Part shown: positions 1 to 8,809 of the stretch, in pieces
How positions within the stretch are numbered: position 1 is the first letter of the stretch
Layout of the letters: each line of letters opens with the position of its first letter
Source: Syntrophobacterales bacterium
Lineage (GTDB): Bacteria; Desulfobacterota; Syntrophia; Syntrophales; UBA2210
Length of the DNA stretch: 56,786 bases
Direction: 5' to 3'
Assembly (NCBI GenBank): GCA_021163105.1
Contig: JAGGXJ010000079.1
Coordinates: 1 to 56,786, forward strand
The notes under the pieces: model-generated
Databases searched by the model: none
Told to the model about the DNA's origin: nothing
What the model saw: only the letters and a program-made list of their open reading frames with translations
Position numbers and translations under genes: made by a program

Positions 1-656
1 TCAAGGAAAACAAGCCCGAATCCATCCTGAATTTTATAAAACTCTTTTTTCGTATTGGTTACGATTAGTTCACCCGTGTGAGGAACGGTGTTTTTGGGAC
101 AACCGGGGGTGCTGGTAAAATCCGCCCCCTTCAAAAGCTGAAAACTTTTTTTCATTGACGTACCGGGGAAATAGATTTTGATATCGGGCTGATGTTTCAG
201 CGTGCTCTCAATTCCAAAATAATGGTCTATGTGGTCGTGAGAAATAATGAGTGTATCGATCTCTTTGTTCTTGAGCATCTTGTCGATTCCGTCCTTGGCA
301 AAAACATAATCCATCCATTCGTTGTTCCATCCTGTATCCAGGAGATACTTGGTTTTTTTGCCGTCCAGTGCTTCAATCTCGAGAAGGGCAGCATACCCTC
401 CCAGATTATCAATGTTGTAAACTACGTCGTACTGGTTTGTGTTGATACCACCTGCTGCCTTTATATCCTTACCAAGGGTAGCATTATCAAACCAGCTCGT
501 CTCTGAAATACAGTGAACCTTCAAACTTTTGATCTCACCGAAGTCCTCTTTTTTTCTCTTGGCATAGGCTGTTGAAGCCAGCGAGCCTATTCCTCCGCTT
601 AGCGCTATACCTGCGGATGTGGTTGCCAAACCTTTCAAAAAATCCCTTCGCTCCAT
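1..656 (-). CDS. MBL-fold metallo-hydrolase with Tat signal peptide (C-terminus beyond window edge)
   Basis: Own translation of the reverse strand. ATG at 656 gives MERRDFLKGLATTSAGIALSGGIGSLASTAYAKRKKEDFGEIKSLKVHCISETSWFDN..., with an RRDFLK twin-arginine motif. In-frame IISHDHIDHY (HxHxDH) lies near 225-260. The frame stays open to base 1. Absent from the ORF track because there is no stop in the window. Confidence 0.75.
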   Translation of the reverse strand, partial: MERRDFLKGLATTSAGIALSGGIGSLASTAYAKRKKEDFGEIKSLKVHCISETSWFDNATLGKDIKAAGGINTNQYDVVYNIDNLGGYAALLEIEALDGKKTKYLLDTGWNNEWMDYVFAKDGIDKMLKNKEIDTLIISHDHIDHYFGIESTLKHQPDIKIYFPGTSMKKSFQLLKGADFTSTPGCPKNTVPHTGELIVTNTKKEFYKIQDGFGLVFL

Positions 657-773
657 TGTAATATCCTCCTTTTCTGTTTTTGATTAACAATACCGGGACA
701 CCACTTCTCTTTGCAACAACCGATAACACGGTATTTCTTTCTACGAAACCAATTAATTGCTATAGTTAACGCA

Positions 774-808
774 AATTCCAGACCAAAAGAACCTGTTGGT
801 CTGGAATT
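774..808. promoter_or_regulatory. Perfect 13-bp inverted repeat AATTCCAGACCAA-N9-TTGGTCTGGAATT in a divergent intergenic region
   Basis: Arms 774-786 and 796-808 are exact reverse complements. A second small palindrome GGAAAAATTCC follows at 812-822. Role (operator versus RNA hairpin) cannot be decided from sequence. Confidence 0.5.
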
Positions 809-973
809 AATGGAAAAATTCCGAATCTTCCAACAATTCAAAGATCATACAACACATCCACAGCAGAAAAGAAAATTCTTGACATAAAAACAAGGTTTGA
901 AGTAGGTATCAAAAAGAGTACATGTAGCCTTTCTAATACAGCCACAGATTGAACCCGAAAAGGAAGGAGTCCG

Positions 974-2419
974 ATGACTACAAAAACCAACCATAACGAA
1001 TCTCGGGACATTAAAGAACAGTTTGAAGCGTACCGCAGGATATTCGGCAGCATTCATTGCGGCGCCATAGTAACAGATGCCGAAGGCTACATTATTTACT
1101 TCAATGAGCCCTATGGCCAATTTCTTAAAATAAATCCTGAAGAACAGATTGGCAAACACTGCACCGAGGTTGTTGAAAATACACGTATGCACATTGTGGC
1201 AAGAACGGGCATATCCGAGATCAACGATTCTCAGTTAATACAAGGACAAAATATGGTTGTTCAACGGATCCCCATTAAAAACAATGGTAAGGTTATAGCC
1301 GTGTATGGTCAAGTAATGTTTAGAGATGTTAAAGATGTGGCAAAGCTCGCAAAGAAGCTCTCTCTGTTGGAATCAAAAGTAAAACAATATGAAGAGGAAC
1401 TGATCACCCTTCGCTCAACACGCTATACCTTTGACAGTATTGTGGGTGTAAGCAATGCCATCACATCCCTGAAAAGAGAGGCACTGAAGGCAGCTGCCAA
1501 TTCATTTCCTGTGTTGATAACAGGGGAAAGCGGAACAGGAAAAGAATTGTTTGCCCAGGCTATTCACCATGCCAGCCCCCGTAGTCCCTATCCCCTTGTA
1601 CGCATCAACTGTTCCGCCATCCCGAGAGAATTGATTGAATCGGAACTGTTCGGATATTCCAAGGGTGCTTTTACCGGAGCTAGCCGCAGCGGTAAGCCCG
1701 GCAAATTTGAACTGGCCGATCGCGGCACCATACTTCTTGATGAGATAGGCGATATGCCGCTCGAAATGCAGCCGAAACTACTGCGCGTTCTTGAAGAAAA
1801 AGAGTTTTCGCGGGTTGGCGGAACTTCTGTGACTCGGTCTGATTTTCGTCTCATTACCGCCACAAATCAGAATCTCCAGGAGATGGTCCAGGAAAAAAGG
1901 TTCAGGATGGATCTCTTTTACAGGTTGAATGTTATACCGCTCCACATCCCTTCCCTTCGCGAGAGGAGGGATGATATTATACCTTTGGCAAAACACCTGT
2001 TGAAAAAGCTTACTGAGGAAGCAAATCTCCCTGAAGTACTGATTGATCCCGAGGCTGAAGATGTCCTGAAGAATCGCGACTGGCATGGAAATGTCAGAGA
2101 GCTTCAGAACATGATCGAGAGAACACTTTCTTCACTGGAGGGAAATGTCATTTATATAAGCAATCTGCCTTTCTACCTGCATGGTAAACCGTATGAGATT
2201 AAAGATGGTCAAGGAATCTTAATTGATGAAAACTCGTCCTCCCTGAAAAGTGTACATGGGGAGGCCGAAAAAAAGGCCATCACTCATGCGCTCAATAGCA
2301 CCGGGAACAACAAGAAAAAGGCTGCAGATATTCTTGGTATACATCGGACTCTCCTGTACAAGAAGATGAGAAAGTATAATATACCGCTAAGCTATAAAGG
2401 AGAATCTTCCCCGACGTAG
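974..2419 (+). CDS. sigma-54-dependent transcriptional activator (PAS-like sensor, AAA+ sigma-54 interaction domain, C-terminal Fis-type HTH)
   Basis: ORF track 481 aa. Walker A GESGTGKELFAQAIH, the GAFTGA sigma-54 contact motif (KGAFTGA), ESELFGY, and C-terminal NKKKAADILGIHRTLLYKKM HTH. Confidence 0.9.
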   Translation: MTTKTNHNESRDIKEQFEAYRRIFGSIHCGAIVTDAEGYIIYFNEPYGQFLKINPEEQIGKHCTEVVENTRMHIVARTGISEINDSQLIQGQNMVVQRIPIKNNGKVIAVYGQVMFRDVKDVAKLAKKLSLLESKVKQYEEELITLRSTRYTFDSIVGVSNAITSLKREALKAAANSFPVLITGESGTGKELFAQAIHHASPRSPYPLVRINCSAIPRELIESELFGYSKGAFTGASRSGKPGKFELADRGTILLDEIGDMPLEMQPKLLRVLEEKEFSRVGGTSVTRSDFRLITATNQNLQEMVQEKRFRMDLFYRLNVIPLHIPSLRERRDDIIPLAKHLLKKLTEEANLPEVLIDPEAEDVLKNRDWHGNVRELQNMIERTLSSLEGNVIYISNLPFYLHGKPYEIKDGQGILIDENSSSLKSVHGEAEKKAITHALNSTGNNKKKAADILGIHRTLLYKKMRKYNIPLSYKGESSPT

Positions 2420-2552
2420 ATATATTGATACATCTGAAATTTTATTGCTATCCTTGGAAATAACATCTCGCTTGCAGTTTTTTCAGATATAAAAAGACAC
2501 ATAGCCGTTTCTCGGCACCTTTTGTTTCCCCTCTAATAAGCAACTGTTTGTG

Positions 2553-2568
2553 TGGCACGTTTCTTGAA
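2553..2568 (+). promoter_or_regulatory. candidate sigma-54 (-24/-12) promoter TGGCAC-N5-TTGA upstream of the MaoC/CoA-transferase operon
   Basis: TGGCAC at 2553-2558, a 5-nt spacer, then TTGA at 2564-2567 (consensus TGGCAC-N5-TTGC, so the -12 C is replaced by A). It lies about 68 nt upstream of the ATG at 2635 and immediately downstream of a sigma-54 activator gene. Confidence 0.5.
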
Positions 2569-2634
2569 TTGGCCTTATCATTGTATGTCATGGATCTTCA
2601 TACTTTATAACCTTGATATCCGAAAGGAGCGAAT

Positions 2635-3057
2635 ATGAGTGGTAAAACCATAGAAAACCTTAAAGTAGGCGATAATGCGGAGTTCACCAAAACGGTTTCT
2701 GAAACGGATATCTATCTCTATGCGGGGGTGAGCGGCGATTTCAACCCAGCACACATAAATGAGGAGTACGCAAAAGAAACTTTTTTTAAGACGCGAATCG
2801 CTCACGGCATGCTGCCAGCGGGCTTCATTTCAGCAGTGATTGGCACGAAGCTGCCGGGACCGGGAACAATTTACCTCGATCAGAACCTCAAATTCCTGGC
2901 CCCGGTACGGATAGGCGACGCCATTACTGCCCGTGTGGAAGTTGAAGAAATCATGACCGAAAAGAACAGGGTACGGCTTAAAACCGCCTGCATAAACCAG
3001 GATGGAACTACGGTATTGGAAGGAGAGGGTGTGGTAAGCCCTCCCAGACCAAAGTGA
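2635..3057 (+). CDS. MaoC-family (R)-specific enoyl-CoA hydratase / dehydratase
   Basis: 140 aa hot-dog-fold protein. It carries the GDFNPAHINEEYAK...RIAHGM motif typical of MaoC/PhaJ dehydratases, with a GGAG RBS upstream. Confidence 0.85.
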   Translation: MSGKTIENLKVGDNAEFTKTVSETDIYLYAGVSGDFNPAHINEEYAKETFFKTRIAHGMLPAGFISAVIGTKLPGPGTIYLDQNLKFLAPVRIGDAITARVEVEEIMTEKNRVRLKTACINQDGTTVLEGEGVVSPPRPK

Positions 3058-3118
3058 TCTGGACGCCAAATTTTGATTATTTGTTAAAAACATCATTTTT
3101 TTCAAATGGAGAAATATC

Positions 3119-4858
3119 ATGACATCTAATGAAAGCTCATCGCACAGGACAAGCGATGACCCTATGCTCTTGGGTACAACAATGAGGGCAAGAAATAAAG
3201 TAGTGACGGCAAAGGAAGCTGTCCAACTCATCAAGTCAGGAGACATTGTAGCCACCGGTGGTTTTGTAGGTGCCGGATTTGCCGAGGAGATTGCCATCGC
3301 GATAGAAGAATATTTCTTGAGTATGGGTCATCCGAAAAATCTTACCCTCATTTACGCTGCTGGACAGGGAGACGGAGAAGAAAGGGGATTAAACCATTTT
3401 GCCCATGAAGGTCTTGTAGAGCGTGTTATTGGCGGACATTGGGGTCTGGCACCAAAACTGGGGAAAATGGCAATCGAAAATAAGATTATCGCCTATAATT
3501 TCCCTCAGGGAGTAGTATCACATATGTTCAGAGATATTGCGGCTCATAAACCGCGTACTATCACCACCATCGGCCTGGGAACATTTGTGGACCCGAGAAA
3601 TGACGGTGGAAAGATTAATGAAAAAACAACGGAAGATCTTGTCGAACTTATCGTCTTTGACGGAAAAGAATATCTCTCCTATAAACTTCCTCCTGTAAAC
3701 GTTGCAATTATTCGGGGGACTACAGCAGACACAGACGGTAATATCAGCATGGAAAAAGAGGCATTGACAATTGAAAACCTCTCGATTGCAATGGCCGCTA
3801 GAAATTCGGGTGGGTATGTTATTGCGCAGGTTGAAAGAGTTGCTGAAAAGGGAACGTTGAATGCGCGAAATGTAAAGATACCTGGCATTCTGGTTGATTG
3901 TGTCGTCGTCGCTCGTCTTGAAAACCACTGGCAGACATTTGCAGAGTTTTATGACCCTTCCTTCAGTTGCGAGACAAAGATTCCACTGCAGTCTATGACC
4001 CCCATGGAAATGGATGCAAGGAAAATCATTGCACGAAGGGCTGCCTGTGAATTAAAAGCTAACGATATCGTAAATCTTGGAATCGGCATGCCGGAGGGAA
4101 TCGCAAATATAGCCAATGAAGAAAAGATTCTTAGTTATCTTACTCTTACCGCTGAGCCCGGAGTCATAGGCGGAGTGCCCGCAGGCGGATTAAATTTTGG
4201 CGCGGCCACCAATACCGATTGCCTTATTGACCAGCCTTATCAGTTTGATTTTTATGACGGGGGTGGATTGGACATTACAGGTCTTGGAATGGCGGAAACG
4301 GACAAGCACGGCAATGTCAATGTTAGTAAGTTCGGTCCGAAACTCGCCGGTTGCGGGGGTTTCATCAATATCAGCCAGGCTGCAAAAAAGTGTATATTTA
4401 TGGGAACTTTTACCGCAGGGGGATTGAAAGTTTCCGTGAGCGATCAAAAGCTCCACATAGAACAGGAAGGCAAAACCAAAAAATTTGTGAATCAGGTTGA
4501 ACACGTCACATTCGGCGGGAAATACAGTGCAGAGCAGGATCAATATGTCCGGTATGTGACCGAACGATGCGTCTTCGCATTAACCAAAGAGGGAATGGAA
4601 CTAATCGAGATAGCCCCCGGAATTGATCTCGAAAAGGACATCCTTGCGTTAATGGACTTTAACCCTATCATTAAGAAACCCCGTTTAATGGATGAAAGAA
4701 TATTCAATCCAGAACCAATGGGCCTGGAAGGTAATTTTCAGGATATGCCATTGGAAGACCGCACTTCACGCACTTTAAATAACCCTGCTCCCTGTCTTGA
4801 TACTGAGGATAAGTTTAGCTTTATACCGTGTGAAGATAGTCCTTTCCCGCTGAGTTAA
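3119..4858 (+). CDS. acyl-CoA:acetate/3-ketoacid CoA-transferase family protein (propionate CoA-transferase-like)
   Basis: 579 aa with fused alpha/beta CoA-transferase halves (GGFVGAG..., LTAEPGVIGG, GGFINISQ). GGAGA RBS 7 nt before the ATG. Roughly 40-50 aa longer at the C-terminus than the ~520-530 aa I recall for this family. Confidence 0.85.
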   Translation: MTSNESSSHRTSDDPMLLGTTMRARNKVVTAKEAVQLIKSGDIVATGGFVGAGFAEEIAIAIEEYFLSMGHPKNLTLIYAAGQGDGEERGLNHFAHEGLVERVIGGHWGLAPKLGKMAIENKIIAYNFPQGVVSHMFRDIAAHKPRTITTIGLGTFVDPRNDGGKINEKTTEDLVELIVFDGKEYLSYKLPPVNVAIIRGTTADTDGNISMEKEALTIENLSIAMAARNSGGYVIAQVERVAEKGTLNARNVKIPGILVDCVVVARLENHWQTFAEFYDPSFSCETKIPLQSMTPMEMDARKIIARRAACELKANDIVNLGIGMPEGIANIANEEKILSYLTLTAEPGVIGGVPAGGLNFGAATNTDCLIDQPYQFDFYDGGGLDITGLGMAETDKHGNVNVSKFGPKLAGCGGFINISQAAKKCIFMGTFTAGGLKVSVSDQKLHIEQEGKTKKFVNQVEHVTFGGKYSAEQDQYVRYVTERCVFALTKEGMELIEIAPGIDLEKDILALMDFNPIIKKPRLMDERIFNPEPMGLEGNFQDMPLEDRTSRTLNNPAPCLDTEDKFSFIPCEDSPFPLS

Positions 4859-4924
4859 CCGCTCGGAATCTAATCTGGTAATATCCTAAAGAACTTCCTT
4901 TTTTAAGACAAAAATGGAAACAGA

Positions 4925-4954
4925 TTGACAAAGATTTGGGCAATGATATATTAT
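4925..4954 (+). promoter_or_regulatory. candidate sigma-70 promoter for tatA (TTGACA, 16-18 nt spacer, TATATT/TATTAT)
   Basis: TTGACA at 4925-4930. AT-rich -10 candidates TATATT (4947-4952) and TATTAT (4949-4954). About 30 nt upstream of the tatA ATG. Confidence 0.4.
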
Positions 4955-4985
4955 AGTTTGCATTTTACCGGGATATGGTGATTGT

Positions 4986-5273
4986 ATGTTTGGCATTGGA
5001 ATGCCGGAATTGATAGTTATACTTGTTGTCGCCCTGATTATTATCGGGCCGAAGAAACTGCCCGATCTGGCAAAATCTCTCGGCAAGGGTCTCGCGGAGT
5101 TCCGCCATGCCACCGATGATGTAAAAAACAGCCTCAATGTGGACCAAATCAAGGATGAAGTAGATGATTTCAAGGATTCGGTCCTCTATGGGAAAAAGAA
5201 GCAGGAAACTGAGAGCGACGGCCGGAAGGCGAAAGACGAAACTGAGGAACCCGCAGATAAGAATCTTGAATAG
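4986..5273 (+). CDS. tatA: twin-arginine translocase subunit TatA/E family
   Basis: 95 aa. MFGIGMPELIVILVVALIIIGPKKLPDLAKSLGKGLAEFR is the canonical TatA TM helix plus amphipathic helix. Confidence 0.9.
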   Translation: MFGIGMPELIVILVVALIIIGPKKLPDLAKSLGKGLAEFRHATDDVKNSLNVDQIKDEVDDFKDSVLYGKKKQETESDGRKAKDETEEPADKNLE

Positions 5274-5444
5274 TCCGCTGAAAGTAACTACTCAGATAGA
5301 TAGTCTGTTTCGATGAGTCGGGATCAGGAAAAAGCGGAGATACTGCGAACTTTGAAATCCCGATTCCGGGACACAAGCATCCACTGCTTCTCCGTTCAGG
5401 GTGGTGTTACACCATGAACCTGATATGTGATGTGAGCTTACGAT

Positions 5445-6218
5445 ATGACCGACCAGACAGATGAAAAGATGCCGTTTATGCTCCATCTGGAAGAATTGAA
5501 AACCAGGTTGACGCATGCGCTGATTGCAATCGGCATCTGTTTTGTTATATGTTATTTTGTTAAGGAACAGTTGTTTAAGGTCTTGACGCTTCCTCTCGTT
5601 GCCGTACTTCCCGATAACAGCTCCATGATATTTACCAGTCTTCCAGAGGCATTTTTTACCTATCTGAAAGTGTCTTTTTTTGCGTCTATTTTTCTTGCAA
5701 GCCCCTATGTTCTGTACCAGCTATGGAAATTTATATCGCCGGGCCTCCACAAATCCGAAAAGAAATATATGGCGCCTTTCGTTACATTTTCCACCATATT
5801 CTTTTTAGGGGGTTCCCTGTTTGCGTATTATGTTGTTTTCCCGTTCGGTTTTAAATTCTTTATCGGCTTCGGGAATGATGTTATAAGACCAATGCTTTCT
5901 CTGAGGGAATATCTTTCTTTCGCCATGAAACTCCTTCTCGCGTTTGGCGTTATCTTTGAGCTTCCCATTTTTATGTTTTTCCTGGCAAAAATAGGAATGG
6001 TGAATTCCAAAACTCTGGTGAAAAAAAGAAAATACGCGATACTCCTGGTGTTCGTTGTAGCTGCCCTGTTCACCCCCCCGGACATTGTGACACAGGGGCT
6101 GATGGCCCTGCCCCTTATGCTTCTCTATGAAATAAGCATCTGGGTTGTAAAGATGGGAGAGAAAAAACTTGCCCGCAGAGCAAAAAATAAAAAAGAAGAT
6201 GAAAAAAATGGTGAATAA
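5445..6218 (+). CDS. tatC: twin-arginine translocase subunit TatC
   Basis: 257 aa polytopic membrane protein. N-terminal PFMLHLEELKTRL motif and a six-TM TatC pattern. Confidence 0.9.
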   Translation: MTDQTDEKMPFMLHLEELKTRLTHALIAIGICFVICYFVKEQLFKVLTLPLVAVLPDNSSMIFTSLPEAFFTYLKVSFFASIFLASPYVLYQLWKFISPGLHKSEKKYMAPFVTFSTIFFLGGSLFAYYVVFPFGFKFFIGFGNDVIRPMLSLREYLSFAMKLLLAFGVIFELPIFMFFLAKIGMVNSKTLVKKRKYAILLVFVVAALFTPPDIVTQGLMALPLMLLYEISIWVVKMGEKKLARRAKNKKEDEKNGE

Positions 6219-8586
6219 TAAGCAACAATCGGTGAAAGATATAAGAAAGAAAAGAACAAAGAAAGGGGGAATCGTAAAGAGAGTTTCTCTTTGGATTTTC
6301 GGCCTGGCTCTCCTGCTGACCCTTACAGGGGCGGGATTCATCTATTTTTTAGTGGATGGATTGCCCAGCATCTCTTCACTGAAAGATTACCGGCCCAGCA
6401 TAATAACCAGGGTATACGCGGACAACGACCAGTTGATTGACGAGTTTTATCTTGAGGACAGGAAGATTGTTCAGGTTACCGATCTGCCAAAATTTGTAAT
6501 ACAGGCATTTGTCGCGGCAGAGGATGCTCGCTTCTTTCGTCACAAGGGAATTGACATCAACAGCATCATCAGGGCCTTCTTTAAAAACATGGAGGCAGGA
6601 GCAATCGTTCAGGGGGGAAGCACCATAACTCAGCAGGTAGCCAAATCTCTTTTCCTGTCACCGGAGAAAAAATATATCAGGAAACTGAAGGAGGCTGTTC
6701 TGGCCTACAGGATAGATAAATATTTAAAGAAATACGAAATACTCAACCTTTATCTGAACCATATATATCTCGGGCATGGGGCGTATGGTATAGAAACCGC
6801 GTCGCAACACTATTTCGCAAAATCCGCCGATAAACTTACCCTTCCTGAAGCGGCCCTCCTTGCGGGTCTTCCCAAGGCCCCCAGCAGGTATTCCCCTTCA
6901 CTGCATCCCGAACGTGCCCGCCGGAGACAGATCTATGTCCTGAACAGGATGGCAGAGGATGGATACATAACAGAAAAGGAAAAGATCGCGGCGATCGAAA
7001 TGCCTGTAGAACTGAAAAAGGCCGAGAGCAAAGATAAGATAGCGCCCTATTTTACCGAAAATGTTCGCCGGTATATCCAGACTAAATATGGCAGCGATGT
7101 TCTGTATAGAGAAGGACTCGAGGTATATACCACGTTGGATATGACCTGCCAGAAAGCAGCCCGTGATGCCGTAGTAAGAGGGCTGAGAGATCTGGACAAA
7201 AGACAAGGATACAGGGGAGTTTTGGAAAGGGTGCCCGGGGAAGACATTGAATCTTTTGTGCAAGAGATGAAAGTGGACATGAATAAGCCACTGGATGACC
7301 GTATTGTAAAGGCCATCGTGGTGGATGTGGACAGCAAGGAAAAAATTGTAGGATTAAGGGTGGGCAAATATGCAGGCACTATGACGCTGAAAAATATGTC
7401 GTGGGCCAGGGTACCCAACCCGGAAATTGCCTATAATACAGCCACAGTTAAAGATCCGGCGGACGTGCTCAAGACAGGAGATGTCGTGGAGGTAAAGGTC
7501 CTGAGCGTTGTAGATGGAAAGCTGGATCTGGCTCTGGAACAGGAGCCACAAGTGCAGGGCGCGCTTCTCGCCATGGACTCAAATACCGGAGAGATAAAAG
7601 CGATGATCGGGGGTAGAAGTTACAGAAAAAGTGAGTTCAATCGCGCCACACAGTCAAAGAGGCAACCGGGGTCCGCTTTCAAACCCTTTATATTTACCGC
7701 GGCTTTTGACAAGGGAATGACTCCTGCGACCATTCTTATGGACAGCCCTGTCATCTACAAAGATACACTGAAGGACAGCCTGTGGAAACCACAAAATTAC
7801 TCAAAGAAATTTTACGGTCCCACAACCCTGAGAACCGCCCTCATCAAATCGAGGAATCTGGTGACCATAAAGATCCTGAAGGAGATCGGGATAAATTATG
7901 CCGCCGATTACGCTGTTAATATGGGGATAACAACCCCTCTTACGAGAGACCTTTCCTTGGCCCTCGGAACATCGGGCGTGACGCTTCTGGATATGGTGAG
8001 GGGCTATGGAGTCTTTGCTAATGGCGGCAAAAGGGTGAAGCCACTCTTTATAAAGAAGATTGTTGACCGCACCGGCAACATAGTGGAAGAAAACAAGCCG
8101 AAAGCGGAACAGGCTGTTGACCCACGGATTGCTTATATAACGTCGCATCTGCTCCAGGAGGTAGTCAAGGGGGGCACAGGATGGCGAGTCAGGGCGCTCG
8201 GCAGGCCTGTGGCGGGAAAGACGGGGACAACCAACGATCTCAAGGACGCGTGGTTCCTGGGCTTTACCCCGTCGCTCGTCGCGGGTGTGTGGGTCGGGTT
8301 TGACGACCTGAAGCCGCTGGGAAAGTACGAAACCGGTTCCCGCGCCGCGAGCCCCATCTTCCTCTACTTCATGGAAAAGGCGCTGGCCGGCACCCCAGTC
8401 GAATCCTTCTCGCCCCCCGAGGGGGTCGTATTTGCCAAAATAGATCCCGAAACGGGGGCGCTGGCCGGTCCCGACTCCGAAAAATACATATTTGAATGTT
8501 TTCTGGAAGGGACAGAGCCTACCGAAACAGTGTCCGAAGACGATCACAGCGAAGACAAGGGATTTTTCAGATATGATCTTGATTAG
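6169..8586 (+). CDS. mrcA: penicillin-binding protein 1A (bifunctional transglycosylase/transpeptidase)
   Basis: 805 aa. GT51 motifs AAEDARFFRHKGID and GGSTITQQ. Transpeptidase SAFKP (SxxK), SRN, KTGTT. The longest ORF overlaps tatC by 50 nt, so the true start may be the ATG at 6199 or 6208. Confidence 0.9.
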   Translation: MPAEQKIKKKMKKMVNNKQQSVKDIRKKRTKKGGIVKRVSLWIFGLALLLTLTGAGFIYFLVDGLPSISSLKDYRPSIITRVYADNDQLIDEFYLEDRKIVQVTDLPKFVIQAFVAAEDARFFRHKGIDINSIIRAFFKNMEAGAIVQGGSTITQQVAKSLFLSPEKKYIRKLKEAVLAYRIDKYLKKYEILNLYLNHIYLGHGAYGIETASQHYFAKSADKLTLPEAALLAGLPKAPSRYSPSLHPERARRRQIYVLNRMAEDGYITEKEKIAAIEMPVELKKAESKDKIAPYFTENVRRYIQTKYGSDVLYREGLEVYTTLDMTCQKAARDAVVRGLRDLDKRQGYRGVLERVPGEDIESFVQEMKVDMNKPLDDRIVKAIVVDVDSKEKIVGLRVGKYAGTMTLKNMSWARVPNPEIAYNTATVKDPADVLKTGDVVEVKVLSVVDGKLDLALEQEPQVQGALLAMDSNTGEIKAMIGGRSYRKSEFNRATQSKRQPGSAFKPFIFTAAFDKGMTPATILMDSPVIYKDTLKDSLWKPQNYSKKFYGPTTLRTALIKSRNLVTIKILKEIGINYAADYAVNMGITTPLTRDLSLALGTSGVTLLDMVRGYGVFANGGKRVKPLFIKKIVDRTGNIVEENKPKAEQAVDPRIAYITSHLLQEVVKGGTGWRVRALGRPVAGKTGTTNDLKDAWFLGFTPSLVAGVWVGFDDLKPLGKYETGSRAASPIFLYFMEKALAGTPVESFSPPEGVVFAKIDPETGALAGPDSEKYIFECFLEGTEPTETVSEDDHSEDKGFFRYDLD

Positions 8587-8610
8587 GAGGAGTTACGATT
8601 GAAAAAGCTC

Positions 8611-8638
8611 TTGACAAAAGAATTTTTTCATATAAGGT
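8611..8638 (+). promoter_or_regulatory. candidate sigma-70 promoter of the ilv leader (TTGACA-N16-TAAGGT)
   Basis: TTGACA at 8611-8616 and TAAGGT at 8633-8638, about 30 nt upstream of the leader ORF. The -10 is weak. Confidence 0.35.
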
Positions 8639-8669
8639 TGGGCCTAATTTCGTTTGAGGAGAACAGTCA

Positions 8670-8753
8670 GTGATACGTCCATTTGAAAAAGCGGTTACAG
8701 TTTTGGTAAGTGTACTTGTACTCGTAGTAGTACTTACGGGGACCGTCGCTTGA
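8670..8753 (+). CDS. ilvBN leader peptide (27 aa, Val/Leu-rich) for transcription attenuation
   Basis: GAGGAG RBS at 8656-8661, then GTG at 8670. Translation is MIRPFEKAVTVLVSVLVLVVVLTGTVA* with 9 Val and 5 Leu, 12 of them within the 14 codons at 8694-8735. It lies directly upstream of an intrinsic terminator and of ilvB. Too short for the ORF track. Confidence 0.6.
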   Translation: MIRPFEKAVTVLVSVLVLVVVLTGTVA

Positions 8754-8777
8754 TCCTGATGGACTAAAAAAGAAATC

Positions 8778-8809
8778 AAGCCGCGGGCCCCAAAGCCCGC
8801 GGCTTTTTT
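8778..8809 (+). terminator. intrinsic terminator / attenuator hairpin of the ilv leader
   Basis: 11-bp GC-rich stem 8778-8788 / 8795-8805 (AAGCCGCGGGC / GCCCGCGGCTT), 6-nt loop, T6 tract to 8809. Segment 8738-8754 (the end of the leader ORF) can alternatively pair with 8775-8791 (15 of 17 positions, one G-U), giving an antiterminator. Confidence 0.65.

Noticed and set aside
5274-5444. 170-nt gap between tatA and tatC that might hide tatB
   Set aside because: No ORF with a TatA/B-like N-terminus is present in any frame. The single TatA/E-family gene probably serves both roles.
7801-8547. Long antisense ORFs inside well-supported genes. Examples: 7801-8547(-), 9945-10637(-), 23247-24098(-), 25428-26078(-), 33240-33905(-), 34319-35149(-), 39708-40385(-), 45305-46099(+), 53509-54090(+), 54450-55085(+)
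   Set aside because: Each lies fully within a gene with strong family motifs on the opposite strand, and each has low-complexity, Arg/Ser/Pro-biased translations typical of shadow ORFs.
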